DNA of 64,000 bases from Botryllus schlosseri (GCA_051294905.1 CM119371.1:34412001-34476000), one strand, 5' to 3'. Positions 37,679 through 50,679 are shown, counted from the first letter of the stretch. Numbers and translations: made by a program. The notes: generated by a model from the letters alone, not told the origin.

Positions 37679-37784
37679 GGCGGCACCTATGTCTTCGTTG
37701 CTGCATCCGATGTTACTGACGGCTGACGGACTCAAGATTAGTACAGATAACTAACCTACGGGTAAATTAGTAATCTATATAGAC

Positions 37785-38482
37785 CAGGGGTGGCCACCTT
37801 TTCGGCTAAAGGGCCACATGAAATTGACGAACGAGTGCGCTGCCCACTAGCCACGCCTGTCGCGTAAAATTTTCGAAGTTAATAATAATAATACTTGAAT
37901 ATATTGCCGGTCGACTGTATACCGCCCGTTCGACACAGTTTGCAAGGACAGGACTATTCGGCATCTGGACATATCAATATCGAAGATTTCCGCTAATATA
38001 CGACAATCATTTTGTGCCTACATTTCATCGCCGACGATCTTTCTGCGGGCGCAAACGCGAAAATACTTTTTCTCGTAATTACGAATATAGTTAGACTCAA
38101 TCGGCTAAATCAGGCGGTTTTTCATTTTCAGGTGGGGGTAGGCTACAAAGAAAGAAATCGTGTGACAATTAAACACGGGAAGCGTGAAGAAAAATTTTAA
38201 TACTATTTTAGTTTATTGTAATATACAACGATTTACTAAAAATGTGACTGGACCCTGGATCTGCCAATGCGTCGAAACTGATATTTTAGTCATCAACATC
38301 CCAAGTGTCGCTGACAGACTAATCATATTTTTGGTTGGCCTTGCAAGTTCACAATCTGAGCAATTCAATTTCGATAATATAACAGAATTTCGATAATATA
38401 ACAGAATTTCGATAATATAATGGGAAATTAGCTCGCGGGCTACTCAAAACCTTCTCGTAGGCCACATATGGCGCAACCACTG
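37785..38482. mobile_element. Old Charlie-type MITE
   Basis: CAGGGGTGGCCACC..GGGCCACAT left end; GGCCACATATGGC..AACCACTG right end. Internal 19-bp tandem triplication at ~38370-38420. Confidence 0.55.
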
Positions 38483-38559
38483 GAATTCTTGATAGGGCCA
38501 GATTTCGTTAAAATATTGGGTTTTTCATGTAAAATGTTGCCTGTTTCTATGTCAAAATC

Positions 38560-38782
38560 GCTTTCCAGGCCAAACTACTTCGTTAGGACAGCCAGTTCCA
38601 ACCAGAAATGAAGATGAGTGGTACAACTTTAACATTATGTGGGAAAACACCTAATTTGTAAACGTCAGGTCAAAATTTGGTCAAAATTCATTTTTTTAGG
38701 TCAATAGAAGTCAAAAATTTGGATTTTTAGGTCAAAATTTTCCTTTTTTCAGGTAAAAAAAACAGCCCTAGTAATGACACAT
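38560..38782 (+). mobile_element. Terminal fragment of the same hAT family as 30545-31395
   Basis: Reverse-complement match to 30547-30740 (GGGAAAACACCTAATTT, GGTCAAAA repeats, CTAGTAATGACAC). Confidence 0.7.
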
Positions 38783-38829
38783 ATAAAAAAGAAAGGTTGA
38801 CGCTAAATTATGCAAGTTCAAGACGATAT

Positions 38830-39297
38830 GGGGCACTAAATCGGTCTATTCAAGTTGTGGCGAGCCGGTCGCCGTGTTTATGAGGGATCATTTGAGTCGG
38901 CAAACCGAGGAAACTCCGCGGGAAAATACAAACTCTAGGGCTGGGTCTCAGAGAGCATGAATTTTGAAAGTCCTGCTAATGAAGCTAGCAAAATAGCAAG
39001 GATATTTTACCAAGCTATACACAGTTCGGGATACAGCGACCGAGACCAGCTTTGTAACATATCAAGGATTAAGACATTTTCGGATAGCGAGGTTTTGTGA
39101 AGGAATGCATGTTGGACTCAGCAATGCCAATATTATCTGGGAATAATGCTCCCGCTTTCCAGGCGAACTGTCAACAGTAGGACAGACGCCACTGCGGAGA
39201 TTTCGCACCTCAAATATAGTTTACACCTTTAGCTCAGCCCGCTAAATTATATTCTGCTTCTCATTTGGCCCAACGTTAAAACGATTGTCCTCCCCTG
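38830..39297 (+). mobile_element. Degraded SPIN/Charlie-like hAT transposase fragment with right terminus
   Basis: Remnant peptides QGYFTKLY (~39000) and FVKECMLDSA (39094-39123); ends TTGTCCTCCCCTG. Confidence 0.65.
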
Positions 39298-41409
39298 CTC
39301 TATGACATAGGCAGCCAATAATGTATTTTAATGGACTGTATGTGTTAAAGTTAATCTCATGGGGATATCCACTTTTGTATAATATTAACATGCGACGCAT
39401 TCTTTCTATAAAAAATCCGGGAACTGGTGATTGTAATCATTGGCGATATTTTCGGGTGTACGCTACATGCGTGTACGGAAGCTAATAAGTGTTTACATCT
39501 CAATGAGAAACAGCAAGTCGTAGGACATTGAAAGTGTGGTTTCGTTTTCGGTTAATGATAAGACATAAATTTCGTATAATGACAATTATAACATACGGCG
39601 ATGAAGAAGCGAGAAATGATTCCTATAGGAAGGTCACATACGTATGTACAATTATAGCCTATACAAGTTCAAGCAAACCGTTTACGGATAACTATCGTGA
39701 AATCCTGGGTATTTCCATCGGAAAATCCATGAGAGAATGCTCATGTTCAGCTTTGACTTATTCGTTCGGATGAGACCACTGACGACTCCATTTTATCCCA
39801 TATTATATATTTGGACGCCCCATCATTATTGGTAATTATTCCTTGTTTTGTACTGTGGCACATGTTGCATGTGCTCGTTACCCGAGATATTTCGGTTTCG
39901 AGGTCGGCGTGATCCTTGTCCATGCCGTTTTGAATCTAGCTGCAAACTATACGCGCGCATTTCGGCTGCTGTATAATTGACTAGCTTCACTCTGGTGTTA
40001 TTGTACACAGGCACATTCGATGCATTACTGCGCAGCATCAAATTGGCAGGCCACCGGATGTGGTGTACATGGTAGTGCGACTGAGATGAAGAAAGAGACC
40101 ACAGGCTTGCGGCTCATTAGCCAAATTATCAAGCGTTCACGGCATAGTCACTGCGAATCAGACTCTTACATTTAGGTACGAAACAGAAAACCTATGTTAA
40201 CTATGAATATACAAATCACATTATCATTTTAATTTCTTTGCGCCGATCATGAATGTGTAAAACAGACAGTCACAACTCATTGGTTTTGCAGCTGTGAACA
40301 TACGCTATCTCACCAATGTTGAACTTATCAAAATTGAATATAAACTCCTTGTTGATTGACAACAGTTGTTCAGCACCGGTGATGTTGTTTATACTTTAGT
40401 AAATATTATACTAGTGTCTTTCATCCAGGAGGAATTAAATGCGTTAAAACCTCTTTTCCCTACCGTCACTATGACGGGATTGCGCAAGAACGCGAACTAT
40501 ACCTACGATGTGTAGGCCTACGGTACACAGATCATACAATATAACCATAAGACGGTTATTTTTCACCAGAAAGATGAAAATCATTGACCTATGAACTAGT
40601 CGCCAGCAGATACCATGATGGGGACGCGTGGGAGCGAAAGAGACTGACGATTGACTGAGAAGAGAGCGTGAAAGTCGTCCCCAAGATCACGAAGATTAGA
40701 GAACCTATGCAGTTACAAAAATCTGTGTCGTGGTGCATATATCCGGAAAAGGCGATAAGCGCGACTGTGTTGTGCAAATAATAATAATAACCGTGGTCAT
40801 GCCTGAAGACAGACAACGCAATACAAATAGGCCGACAGTACTCTTACGAAGTACATGAATTGCAGCTATGCTATATTGCAGTAATTGTCAGTGGTGGCAT
40901 AAAACGCAGGTTAGTTTTATTTTACAGTATTTCTATACAAATCGAATAAACAAATACATATAATATATTACTGTATGCAACACTCACATATAGAGCCAGT
41001 AGTACAATAATTATTAAAGTATAGTACTAAGCTATGTGCAAAAAGAACTGAAATGGTATCTTCGCATGATAAAAGTACCACAAAACAGTAGGAATTAAAA
41101 ACGAAAAGCTTTCAACCAGGCAGAAAATCATTTGTAGAAAAGATAACCGACATTGTACCGAAGTAAAGGCGACAATGAAGCTGGCACATCGTTACATGAG
41201 CCCATTGTCAATTGCTACTGCATGTATCGTTTTTGCTTCACCATTATCACTCATCTTCTGTTAAAACGAACTATTAGGTACTTTCTTTTCGTTTTGTGGT
41301 ATTCATGGCAAACTATAGGTACTGTTTATTGTGTAACAACTCACAACCCAACGATAGGAATTGCAGACCTGTGTCCGAATTAAGCGGATAATTGTATTTT
41401 GGCCGAATG

Positions 41410-41545
41410 ATCATCATCACAATAATTTTATTAAAATTTTCATTAAATCAAAACATCAAAGGATTGCGATGAAATGAAAAGATAGGAGGGTGCCGAAACG
41501 ACTTCAAGTAGCCTTTTAATCAGACAGCCACCTTGGCCCATTATA
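41410..41545 (-). mobile_element. 3' UTR fragment of the L2/CR1-like LINE seen at 60781-61360
   Basis: TGAAAAGATAGGA.G.TG.CGAAACGACTT..AGTAG.CTTT.AA.CAGACA.CCACC is shared with 60853-60912; short (TGA)n tail. Confidence 0.65.
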
Positions 41546-41581
41546 ACATGTAAATCAGAGTTTTAGAAGGATAACATAAAA

Positions 41582-42274
41582 CAGCGGTTCTTAAACCATG
41601 ATCAACGGACTCCTTGGGTGTACGAAGCACCAAAATAGGGGGTACGAGAAGCAGTGTGCAATCATACGTTATTTAATTACGCAAATTATCTTAAAAATTA
41701 AGATAAAGTGGAATAATATAGGCGGGTTTTTTCAATTCAAACATTTTCTTTGCGCGTACGTACTTTGAATCAGGGCATTTCATTCCCTTCGACAAAATAA
41801 TGGTACACGTATAATAAAAAATACAACATAAGTTGCCGAAATAAGGCTAGACTTTTATCAATTATGAAAGAATGGTGCTCTAAGGCCGTTAGGATGCTCT
41901 AGTCGAGGGTTATGAAACCTGCTGAGGCGTGACTATCACATTCCCACATTTCATCGCTAGCCGTAACTACCCCCCCCCCCCCCCCCCCATAACACGCCAA
42001 GATCTGTGACATTTAGCTGCGGCGGCGATTTACATTGGGACCCTAAAATCTCAGCAGATCGGCAAAACCTTCCATTTTAATGTCTGCAGTCGATGAAATG
42101 TATCCCGCCCCTGAAATACAAATATGATTTGTTGGAAACACTATGGAGGCCCAAGACCAGCCTGTGGGGGTGGCTCGGCAAAGTGGTGTTTCGATCCTGG
42201 GGAGCGAAAGGGGAGCGAAAAACATTTCATGACATCTCAATGGGTAGCAGCGCTAAAAGGTTAAAAAAACACTG
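41582..42274. mobile_element. Charlie-type MITE
   Basis: CAGCGGTTCTTAAACC ... GGTTAAAAAAACACTG. TSD ACATAAAA/ATATAAAA. Confidence 0.65.
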
Positions 42275-42282
42275 ATATAAAA

Positions 42283-42688
42283 TAGAGTTGCCATATTTTG
42301 AAAATGTGAAAAGAGGACACTTTTTCAAAATTTTCATAGTTACAATACTGGCGTAAAATCCGGAAAATATTTTAAATTTTTTCCGACTTTGGGGTCGGTT
42401 GACTAAAATGAAAAAAAGTCATTTTTCCGGCTCAAAGCCCGAACTTCCGGTTTTCTATGAGTTTTTCAGTAGGTTGACTAAAAAAAGGTCAACTTTCCGG
42501 CTCAACTCCCGACATACCCGCCGGAACGTTACGTCAGTAATGATTTCCTATATCTCAGTCGAATTTCCACTTATCTTTAACCGTGCAAATTCTCAAAAAA
42601 TAGGACATTTGGGCGTCCTCCGAGGACACTTTCAAAAAAGTCAAAAAAGAGGACAAATCCTCAGAAAAGAGAACGTATGGTAAACCTA
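42283..42688. mobile_element. hAT-type MITE (TAGGGTTRCCATA family) abutting the previous element
   Basis: TAGAGTTGCCATA ... TATGGTAAACCTA, AGAGGACA subterminal motifs, flanks ATATAAAA/ACATGAAA. Confidence 0.75.
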
Positions 42689-43375
42689 ACATGAAAGGAA
42701 GAGACGAGAATGAATACGACAAGTGTCAGTCAAAGAATGTAAATGGTGTCGGGAGGCGAGTTCGATATGTCAGATTGTGGTCCGGTAATATTGAGGGCTG
42801 ACTATAGTATAGTAGTATTCTATCGGATCTCCGGTTTATCCGGTCTCCGAATTGAGGCAGAGTCGACTGTATTTATAAATTGAAATATCATGTCATGGTT
42901 GCGTAGCTATTTCATACTATGGTGTTGACATATAGCAACACGTGGGCCATCATGTGTTTGTCGAATACCTTTGGTCTAAGTCACGCATTGTGTTTGAAGT
43001 TGTTTCGCAATATTCTTTTCCCGCGTTGCGTAACATTCTAATGTTGTATAGGAGTGTCTGATTGATTTATGTAACTTTCATTCTGATCATGATTTGTGCA
43101 ATTCCTTTATTTTCTTGTATGTTGTTTTAGCGACACTGTTGTCAGGTGTTAGGCGGCACCTTTATCGTTCATGATTTATACATTGGAACTTTTACATAGA
43201 TTTCTACACATTTTTTCGCGAAACATCTTCTGGTCAATGTGTACAACTGGACGATGTTACTGTGTTTTTGTAGGTCAGATATGGCGTAACACTGGTTTGT
43301 GGGCCATGCCATCAGCTACCACATGAATTCCAGTGATCACGAGTCACCATTCACATCAGACATTACTCCAATTGT

Positions 43376-43593
43376 ATGTTGTTGTTTTTCATTCTATGGC
43401 CGCCGCCTTGTAGCACGGGTAACTTGTAGGCTTTTATAAGACACGGCTTACGCGGATGGAATGGCGAAAAAGATCTTAGAACCTAGATAAACCTCCAGCA
43501 CTTAGGTAGGAATTCTGGAGTCGATCTATGTCGGACTCGAAACCACAACCCATTGTGTTGCAGCTGGGGACTATACCACTACATTAAATCGCC
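43376..43593 (-). mobile_element. tRNA-derived SINE-like element
   Basis: Minus strand has A-box-like TAATGTAGTGG and B-box-like GTTTCGAGTCC at tRNA spacing. Body shared with 26662-26750; A/(CAA)n tail. Confidence 0.55.
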
Positions 43594-44689
43594 ACGCAAG
43601 CAAGGCTAGTCGCGCAGAGCACAATGTATCTCACTGTTTTCAATTTAGAAATAAAATTCATACGCCGCAGAATATAGACTGAAGTTTTGTCTACAACCGC
43701 CAACGTATTTTCCGCTTCACGTTTATCCCGGCGGGAAAAATGATTACCCACCCCTGTATTAGATTCACAGAATACATTGCGGTACGCGGCCGTCATAGCG
43801 TCCGTATTTGATATGATTGTCACCGAGCCTGAAGAACGTAATTCGATTCATAAACTGTAAATTTGATGGTTTCACCCGGATGCTGATTTTCGTCGGATTT
43901 TACCAAACCTTTAAACCCCGGGTGTTCTTCATATCAGGTTTCGTTAGTCTGGGAAAATATGAATTATCTCGTTAATATTAAAACTTAACGGGTATTGTTA
44001 TGTTATCGATTAAATCTAAACGTGCCGAAATCACTGACAATCATTGCCAATACTGAATTAAACTATAAAACTAGAAGCGGTATGTACCGTAGAATATGGT
44101 GTCAGGCGCCACGTGCTCTGCCGCGTGGTTATGAAACTGCGTTATCACGTGAGTGCTGAACTACGCCATATTCTAAATATGGCAAAATCTTCGAATAATC
44201 CCTATTTTGGAATGAGCAATTGAGCATATGTCACATGGTAAAGTTGGCGTGATCGTGTCATGTGATATGTCCCGTGTGAGTTCGGGCACTTATCGATAGG
44301 GGTAGGGACGCCCTATCCACGCACAAGAGCAGATTAATGTCCGATAGATCCGTTAAAAGGCCTAATCGTGCCCACAGGCAGACTCGTACGACTAGATAAT
44401 AATAATTAGAGGTGAATGCCGGTAATCTATATTGAATCTAATTTGTAAAATGTTTCTTTGCTACAATTTCTACTTCTAATCTAATTTATTGTTTTCCGGA
44501 AAATGCCGCGCGAGAACTGCGTGCAGCGAAACGAGCCAAGTTGCCGAACAGACATTAACCATGCCAATGTTCATGCTCATGATCATGATAAGTAACTCTG
44601 ATTAGATATGAACTACGCCTGATCAGATTTCTTAGTTTCCGCCAATTTAGTAATTATAATTCTAATCTAATTTGAAAAACAAACTGTGT

Positions 44690-44850
44690 AGATATATATA
44701 ATTGAAGAGCTTCCCGGAGGTACAAAACTACAACATACAATCGAATAGTATATTCATATTGAAACAAACCCAAATATTTTCGGCCGACACTCGCTAGGGG
44801 TAATCGTCAGCAATTAGTGGAGAATTGGAAATAACGTTGTATATCAACAA
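44690..44850 (-). repeat. Hammerhead-containing repeat, copy with mutated core
   Basis: Minus strand: GCTGACGATTACCC-CTAGCGA-GTGTCGGCC-GAAAATATTT-GGGTT...CAATATGAATATACTATTC. Confidence 0.75.
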
Positions 44851-46122
44851 TTTCAATTATGATCCGATTTGGAAAAGCTGTGTTGCTATAATTGTAATTC
44901 TGATCTAAATTAGAAAACCTGAAAATTTTCTAGTCGACCGATTCTACCAACAGGTAGGCTGACCTTGAACATTTCCATACCCAAACCCATTATTCATATT
45001 ATATCACAGCACCCAGCTCAAGTCCATCTATTATGGTAGCTAGTATAGGTTCAAAGGTCACGCGAGATCTGTCAAAAGCTGAGCAGTTGCTAACACAGTT
45101 TTGCAAATGTCTTAAATCATAATTCCACATGATCTCGCCAGCATTGGAAAGTCGCGTTATTCAAGTCTAAATTCGAATCAGCACACATATCCGACCTTGA
45201 TAACTGATATAATCGTCACTCTCCAGCGTCTGAAGCAATGTATGCCAAATGAATACATTGATCAAGTAAATCATTCTTACATAGCCAGGAAATTGTGCAG
45301 TATTTATTGAGTGAAATTATTTAAAATAGTTTATTCATTCGACGATCGACGTCTCAACCACAACCAATGCCAATTCATTTACACATTTATAACATTCCAG
45401 TTAGCTCTGTGGCAACTACATTTCTACACACCAGTTCCTATGCTTGGAAAATCCCTATCGGTCACAGTATATTGAGTGCATAGCAACTCTCATTTCCGGT
45501 GCTAAATTGTGAATTTGATCATGTAACGACTTCGCAATTTGTATAACCAGGAGCATATAACTCTGGAATGTATTATCTATGATAACTCTTTATATTATGC
45601 TCTATATATACAGTTGTACTTTGTTGTGGCCATAGGTAACACGGATAAGTATCGTGCAACTTGCATTCTCATTTATATGTCATAACCATGACCATCATCT
45701 ATTAGAGAAATCATGGAGCAGTGATGCAATCCTATGACATTACACACCCAGAGAATAAGAAGTATCCGAAACGAATACATGACAAACGCAATACGTATTT
45801 ACTACGTACATGATCCACTTTCAGTCGTTCAATCGTCACGTTTCGGAAGGGAAGACATTGCGATGCCAGCGAAGTAAGCCACATGAAGTATATACAATAA
45901 ATACATATCATACGTCTTCAAAAAGATACGGTTACTAGTAATTCAATAAAGGGGTGTCATGTATTGTCCATGTAACTAAAGTCGAGTCCTGTATTAGCAA
46001 CACCCAGGCGCAATTTCGTAGCCCGGGGTATTACCCCGGTATTATTTTGATTGCTCATTAAAATGCATGGTCATGTGATTGTTGATCTTATTATGTTTCA
46101 ACCACTGTCTCAGCGGCAGCAT

Positions 46123-46130
46123 TATAAAAG
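46123..46130 (+). promoter_or_regulatory. Candidate TATA box of E2 gene 1
   Basis: Consensus TATAAAAG beginning 52 bp upstream of the ATG at 46175. Confidence 0.6.
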
Positions 46131-46174
46131 AAGCATATCAATATATTTACATTATAACCAAGAATTCGGGTTTT

Positions 46175-46633
46175 ATGGCAAAGACTCGACTTCAATTCGA
46201 GTGCCGCAAAATCACTCAGGAAATACAAGAAAACCCTGAAATCGTGCACGCCGCACCGTTCGACGATTCGGATCTATATTTTTGGAAGGCCATAATCCGC
46301 GGACCACCCGGGTCGCCTTACGAAGGCGGAAAATTCCATCTTAGCGTGCGATTCACGACAGAGTATCCCTTCAAGCCGCCAAAAGTGAAGTTCGAAACGC
46401 GAATTTTTCACCCGAACATCAGTCGAAAAGGAACCGTGTGTGTTGATATCCTAGCTGGCGAGTGGTCGCCTGTGATGACTTTGGCGACTGTTTTGGTGTC
46501 TATTTCGTCGTTGCTTGGTTCTCCTAACCCAGACGATCCGATGGACCAGGAAAGTGCTGCGCTACATCGAGAGGACTACCCCGCCTATTTGAAGACAGCG
46601 ATAAGATGGACGGAACAGCACGCGAAAACGTGA
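46175..46633 (+). CDS. UBE2D-like: Ubiquitin-conjugating enzyme E2, UBE2D/Ubc4-like, intronless, 152 aa (copy 1)
   Basis: Complete UBC fold: GPPGSPYEGG, YPFKPPKV, HPNIS...VCVDIL with catalytic Cys, WSP, PNPDDP. Start set at ATG 46175 by alignment with copies 2 and 3. AATAAA at 46819-46824. Confidence 0.95.
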   Translation: MAKTRLQFECRKITQEIQENPEIVHAAPFDDSDLYFWKAIIRGPPGSPYEGGKFHLSVRFTTEYPFKPPKVKFETRIFHPNISRKGTVCVDILAGEWSPVMTLATVLVSISSLLGSPNPDDPMDQESAALHREDYPAYLKTAIRWTEQHAKT

Positions 46634-47326
46634 CCACCTGGCGTTACGAATTCCATTCTCACTGCACAATGCACATGCCCGTACTGTTATTTGAATAATG
46701 CGAACGGTCATTTTCATAGCTTTAGCTGTATGATTTTAACACCATTTACTGTACTTATCATTGCCTGTGGTACGCTGCAACATTTATGAATTATGGTTTT
46801 GTATTAATTTTATGTTATAATAAATTTCCATTGCGATCGCATGATTTGTTCAAAAGTTTTCTCGCGATAATCTACTAAATATTTTGTGACTGCCGATACG
46901 ATTTTTCAATCGACAATATACTGTCTTATATCTAAAAAAAATAGATAAATCTTCAAGTAGCCGAATCTATATCAGAAACCAGACGGGTGTCATAATGTGT
47001 TTTTGTTTTCTGTTACTGATGCATTTTAGCATGGAGTAATGTACTAAGTTTGTAAAGTACATCTTGAAATCTAATTTTATAAAATGCAGAAAGCTGAGAG
47101 AATTTATTACCGTAAAAACGTTGAGTGGAAAAATATTCGCTTTAGTACAGTACGATTTTACCATATTCAAGTCTTATAGTATTCAGTAACATATGTATAA
47201 GCGCGATCTTGGCAAATAGCGTATGGTTTATTGGTCCGATACCAATGGTCGTAAGTGCTTGAGGTTTATAAGGCTCAGGCTCATTATCGTCATTACTCAT
47301 CTGCAACCTACAGTTTTATAAACACC

Positions 47327-48432
47327 TATACGCAGGTCGTGTTATTTTGGCATATGCCAAGAATATCAAAAACAGCTTATTTTGGCATTTTTCAGATTTT
47401 ATTTTGGCAGTTTTGGCATCGGCACGAATTCATATGTGTATGCTTTGATTAACAATGTAAAACGCTGTATAGTTTCGATATGCGTGCATAATCAGGCCTA
47501 CCTGCATTCACACAGATTACAATACCACTTATTGTACCAATTCGAAATCGAGGCTGACACGTTTGGATCGCAGATTCGCAGCCCTTCACTCGCTAACCAA
47601 TGGTTAGAAATCTCGAGTGGCTTTAAGATTCAATATAATATGAAAAATATCCAACCGGCAAACAAACAAGAAAACGGTGAAGGACTGAATGTTTGTAGGC
47701 TTGTGTATGGTACGCATTGATGACGGTTACTTCTTGGCGACTGAGGCATTTTATACTGTGTAAGTGTGTATGTTCAATTGGTAATTGATGAAACTATATC
47801 CCTGTTGTCCAACGGGACACAGCACTCTATCAGTGATTGCACCATATGATGACACTTTCATTATCAAGTTATAAGTAAATGGAATCACGTATACGCAAGA
47901 AGCTAAATGCCGCATGGGTCGCGCGTGTCGAATACATTACGCAACAAAATGCAGGAGCGGTGACAACAGGAAAATGCCTATAGTCATTGAGTTACATCTA
48001 AAAATAACGGCTCTCAATCACGGTTCCAAAATATGCTAATTACTAACGAAAACCCTGCTGTTGCGGGCAAAGATCATCTTTTTCCTATTCGCTGGATATC
48101 ATCTGCTACCCGGGTTGATCAATCCACAGTATATCGTAAATCCATATTTCAGTACTCGAGTTTTTGGCCTCGACCCTACGATTTTCATTTTCATTACATA
48201 GATCCTTTGGACGGTAGACAACAGCCTTCCGAAGGTTTAACGGACCTCAATTTAGGAATTTAGCATCACACACTTGTTTTGTCGCTTCATGCAGACTCAT
48301 TCCAATACTTTCTAAAACTTTCATAAAAATACATGTTTTTAAAAGACCTTAATTTTGGCATTTTTAAATTTTTAGTTTTGGCAGTTTGGGCATTTGGTTC
48401 CAGAAATGCCAAAAATAGCACGGCTTGCCTAT
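47327..48432. mobile_element. MITE with TTTTGGCA subterminal repeats
   Basis: Imperfect ~27-bp TIR TATACGCAGGTCGTGTTATTTTGGCAT / ATGCCAAAAATAGCACGGCTTGCCTATA. Confidence 0.6.
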
Positions 48433-48584
48433 ACATCAAAGTGCGGCACGCTAATCGTAAGTGGAGAATCATCAACAAACGTATGGATCTGGTAAGAATG
48501 ACCACAGTTACTGTAACACCACGATGTGAAGACAACGGAACTGGAACACAGTTCGTACCCGAATAATCCGGCTACACTATAGCC

Positions 48585-49223
48585 CAGCGGTTCTGAACCG
48601 ATGCTCCACGGGACACTAAGGGTTCCATGAGACAGTCTCAGGCGTTCCGGGGAGGTGAAGACACAGACTCAACTCATAGATATAATTTGTGACCATGCAT
48701 CCGTCTTGTCCACCATTGGTTGCAGGCAATTAGGCCCGATCGCTAGTCGAATTGTGCCTGTTCTGGTGGTACGTCCTGCGCATACCAGTACGCAGGAGGT
48801 CGGGGTTCGAAACCGAACCCCGGCCCTCTGAAATTCCAATTATATCTCCCATATACATGAGGAATTCGTAGTTATGCAATTGGTATCACGCTGTTGCGCT
48901 TCGGCGGAAAAATACCATGACACTTTCCAAGGTAAAGCCCCGCAATTCTGAATTGGCATCTAAAAGTGACCAGCAAAAGTCACACTGATTTGCGATAAAT
49001 ATTGATTTTAATGTTTTCGTTTTGTGTGAAAATTTTATTTAAATGATTTTGATCTTTTGACGCTCTGTTGATATGCAGTTCGTTTTGTGCACAAGTAAAC
49101 TACAGTAATGTATTTGATGTGAGGTAAATTTTTGATTTATGACTTAGTGAAGATTTGGGGTTCGGCGAAGGTATGCGGATCAGCGTACGTGTTTTGCAGG
49201 TTAGCAAAGGTTCACAACCACTG
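48585..49223. mobile_element. Charlie-type MITE
   Basis: CAGCGGTTCTGAACC / GGTTCACAACCACTG. Perfect TSD CTATAGCC (48577-48584, 49224-49231). Confidence 0.85.
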
Positions 49224-50594
49224 CTATAGCCTCTCTATTGCAATCATGAGAGAGAGAGAGAGAGAGTCGATACAAGAAGGCGTGGGCTGGGCATTCTGGG
49301 CAACGAGCGTGTGTCTTCTGTGTCAGTCACACGGCGATAAATTGTTGAAAACGAATTCAGTGCTGTTAGATCATATATGGAGAGGTAGGAGGCTGACGCA
49401 TTCCAGTACATCACCCAAAAGGCATGTCAATCGTCTGCGTATAACTTATAAGTCATTAGGCTTTTATTCTGAAGACAATAACACTTCGTCGACTGACAAA
49501 CTCGGTTGACATATATAAGCAGGTAATTTACGTTCAATTTACAAGCACACAAAGCTAATTCACACGCCTCGCATTGTCAACTTCTCTGATTGCAAGAATG
49601 GCGTACTCCATGTATAACTGTAGTAGCTTCACGTCCAAATATAGCAAATATTGTGACAGAGAGGTGTCACATATTGCACCATTCACAAGAAATATTCCTA
49701 CTTTTCTAGGATTTAGAAAATGCCTAGTCATGGGTCAAGTACGCTCGGGAAAATTACCCGCATTATGTAAAGCAAAGTCAGCAATATTCGCGATCGGCAG
49801 TGGTCGAGTGTAAATATTTATATTAATGATGTTCCATTACTTTCCTAATTCAGGGAATCGATTTATCATCCACTTGATTTAACTTAACTTGGACCTGCTG
49901 ATGTCGATTGGTTTTCGATATACATACAGCAAGACAGGGCATCCTGCGTTGTCATTGAAATTTTATTTTCTGTAAACGGTGTCAATAATACAATAATGCT
50001 GCCTCCGGCATTGTGAAAATGATACGAAACGGTGACTAGAATTTTCGTATATGCTTATTATTAGATGCAGCCTTTCGAAAACGTTCTTGCATAATCCACG
50101 AGAGATTGCGCAATATTTACAAACGTTGCCATCGTGCAGCGCAAGCACGCTGTGCGTTGCCGTCAATACAATTGCATTTGTGTCGTATTCGTGGCGTCAC
50201 TGAATAGCAACAGAAAGCTGTTATGCCTGATCTGATTGGTATTAACCAGGCTTATTGAGAATAAAGCGGTTTCAAGCGGATGTTATATTCTGACTACACT
50301 ACACAAGACAAAACCGTGTCTCAAATCGAGCAAGAACTACAGTTGTGTGAGTGAATGATCAGTAATCCTCTGGCTGAATCTACTTGAGCCTTCAAAACAT
50401 ACTCTGCTCGAAAATGATATCTGTTAAACTTTGAACATACCGGCTGTGTCTGCTCTGAAGCTCTGATTGATATGAATTGCTAATTGCTATTGCAAGTACT
50501 CGCCCGCCAGTACTCGCTCGTGCTGGCTCATTCGAGAGAAATTCGGTACGACACACTACCTGGGTATTCCCCATTTACGTAAATTGTCCCGGCA

Positions 50595-50602
50595 TATATA
50601 AA
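50595..50602 (+). promoter_or_regulatory. Candidate TATA box of E2 gene 2
   Basis: TATATAAA beginning 85 bp upstream of the ATG at 50680. Confidence 0.55.
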
Positions 50603-50679
50603 TGAGTTGCTTCTGATGTCGACATCACGTTATAGCTGAAAGTCAATAATTGGTCGCAACGAGAGAGGGTTGATATTTT

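Noticed and set aside
30545..38782. A single 8.2-kb element bounded by long inverted repeats
   Set aside because: Both matches are the same end of one hAT family; the 30.5-kb copy has its own other end near 31390 and no shared TSD is visible.
46079..46174. 32-aa N-terminal extension of E2 copy 1 in the ORF track
   Set aside because: Starts at TTG, spans the TATA box and has no counterpart in copies 2 and 3; ATG 46175 aligns with their starts.
48730..48830. tRNA gene (B-box GGTTCGAAACC); similar signals at ~8060, ~24600 and ~43540
   Set aside because: No convincing cloverleaf or acceptor stem; better explained as SINE heads or MITE termini.
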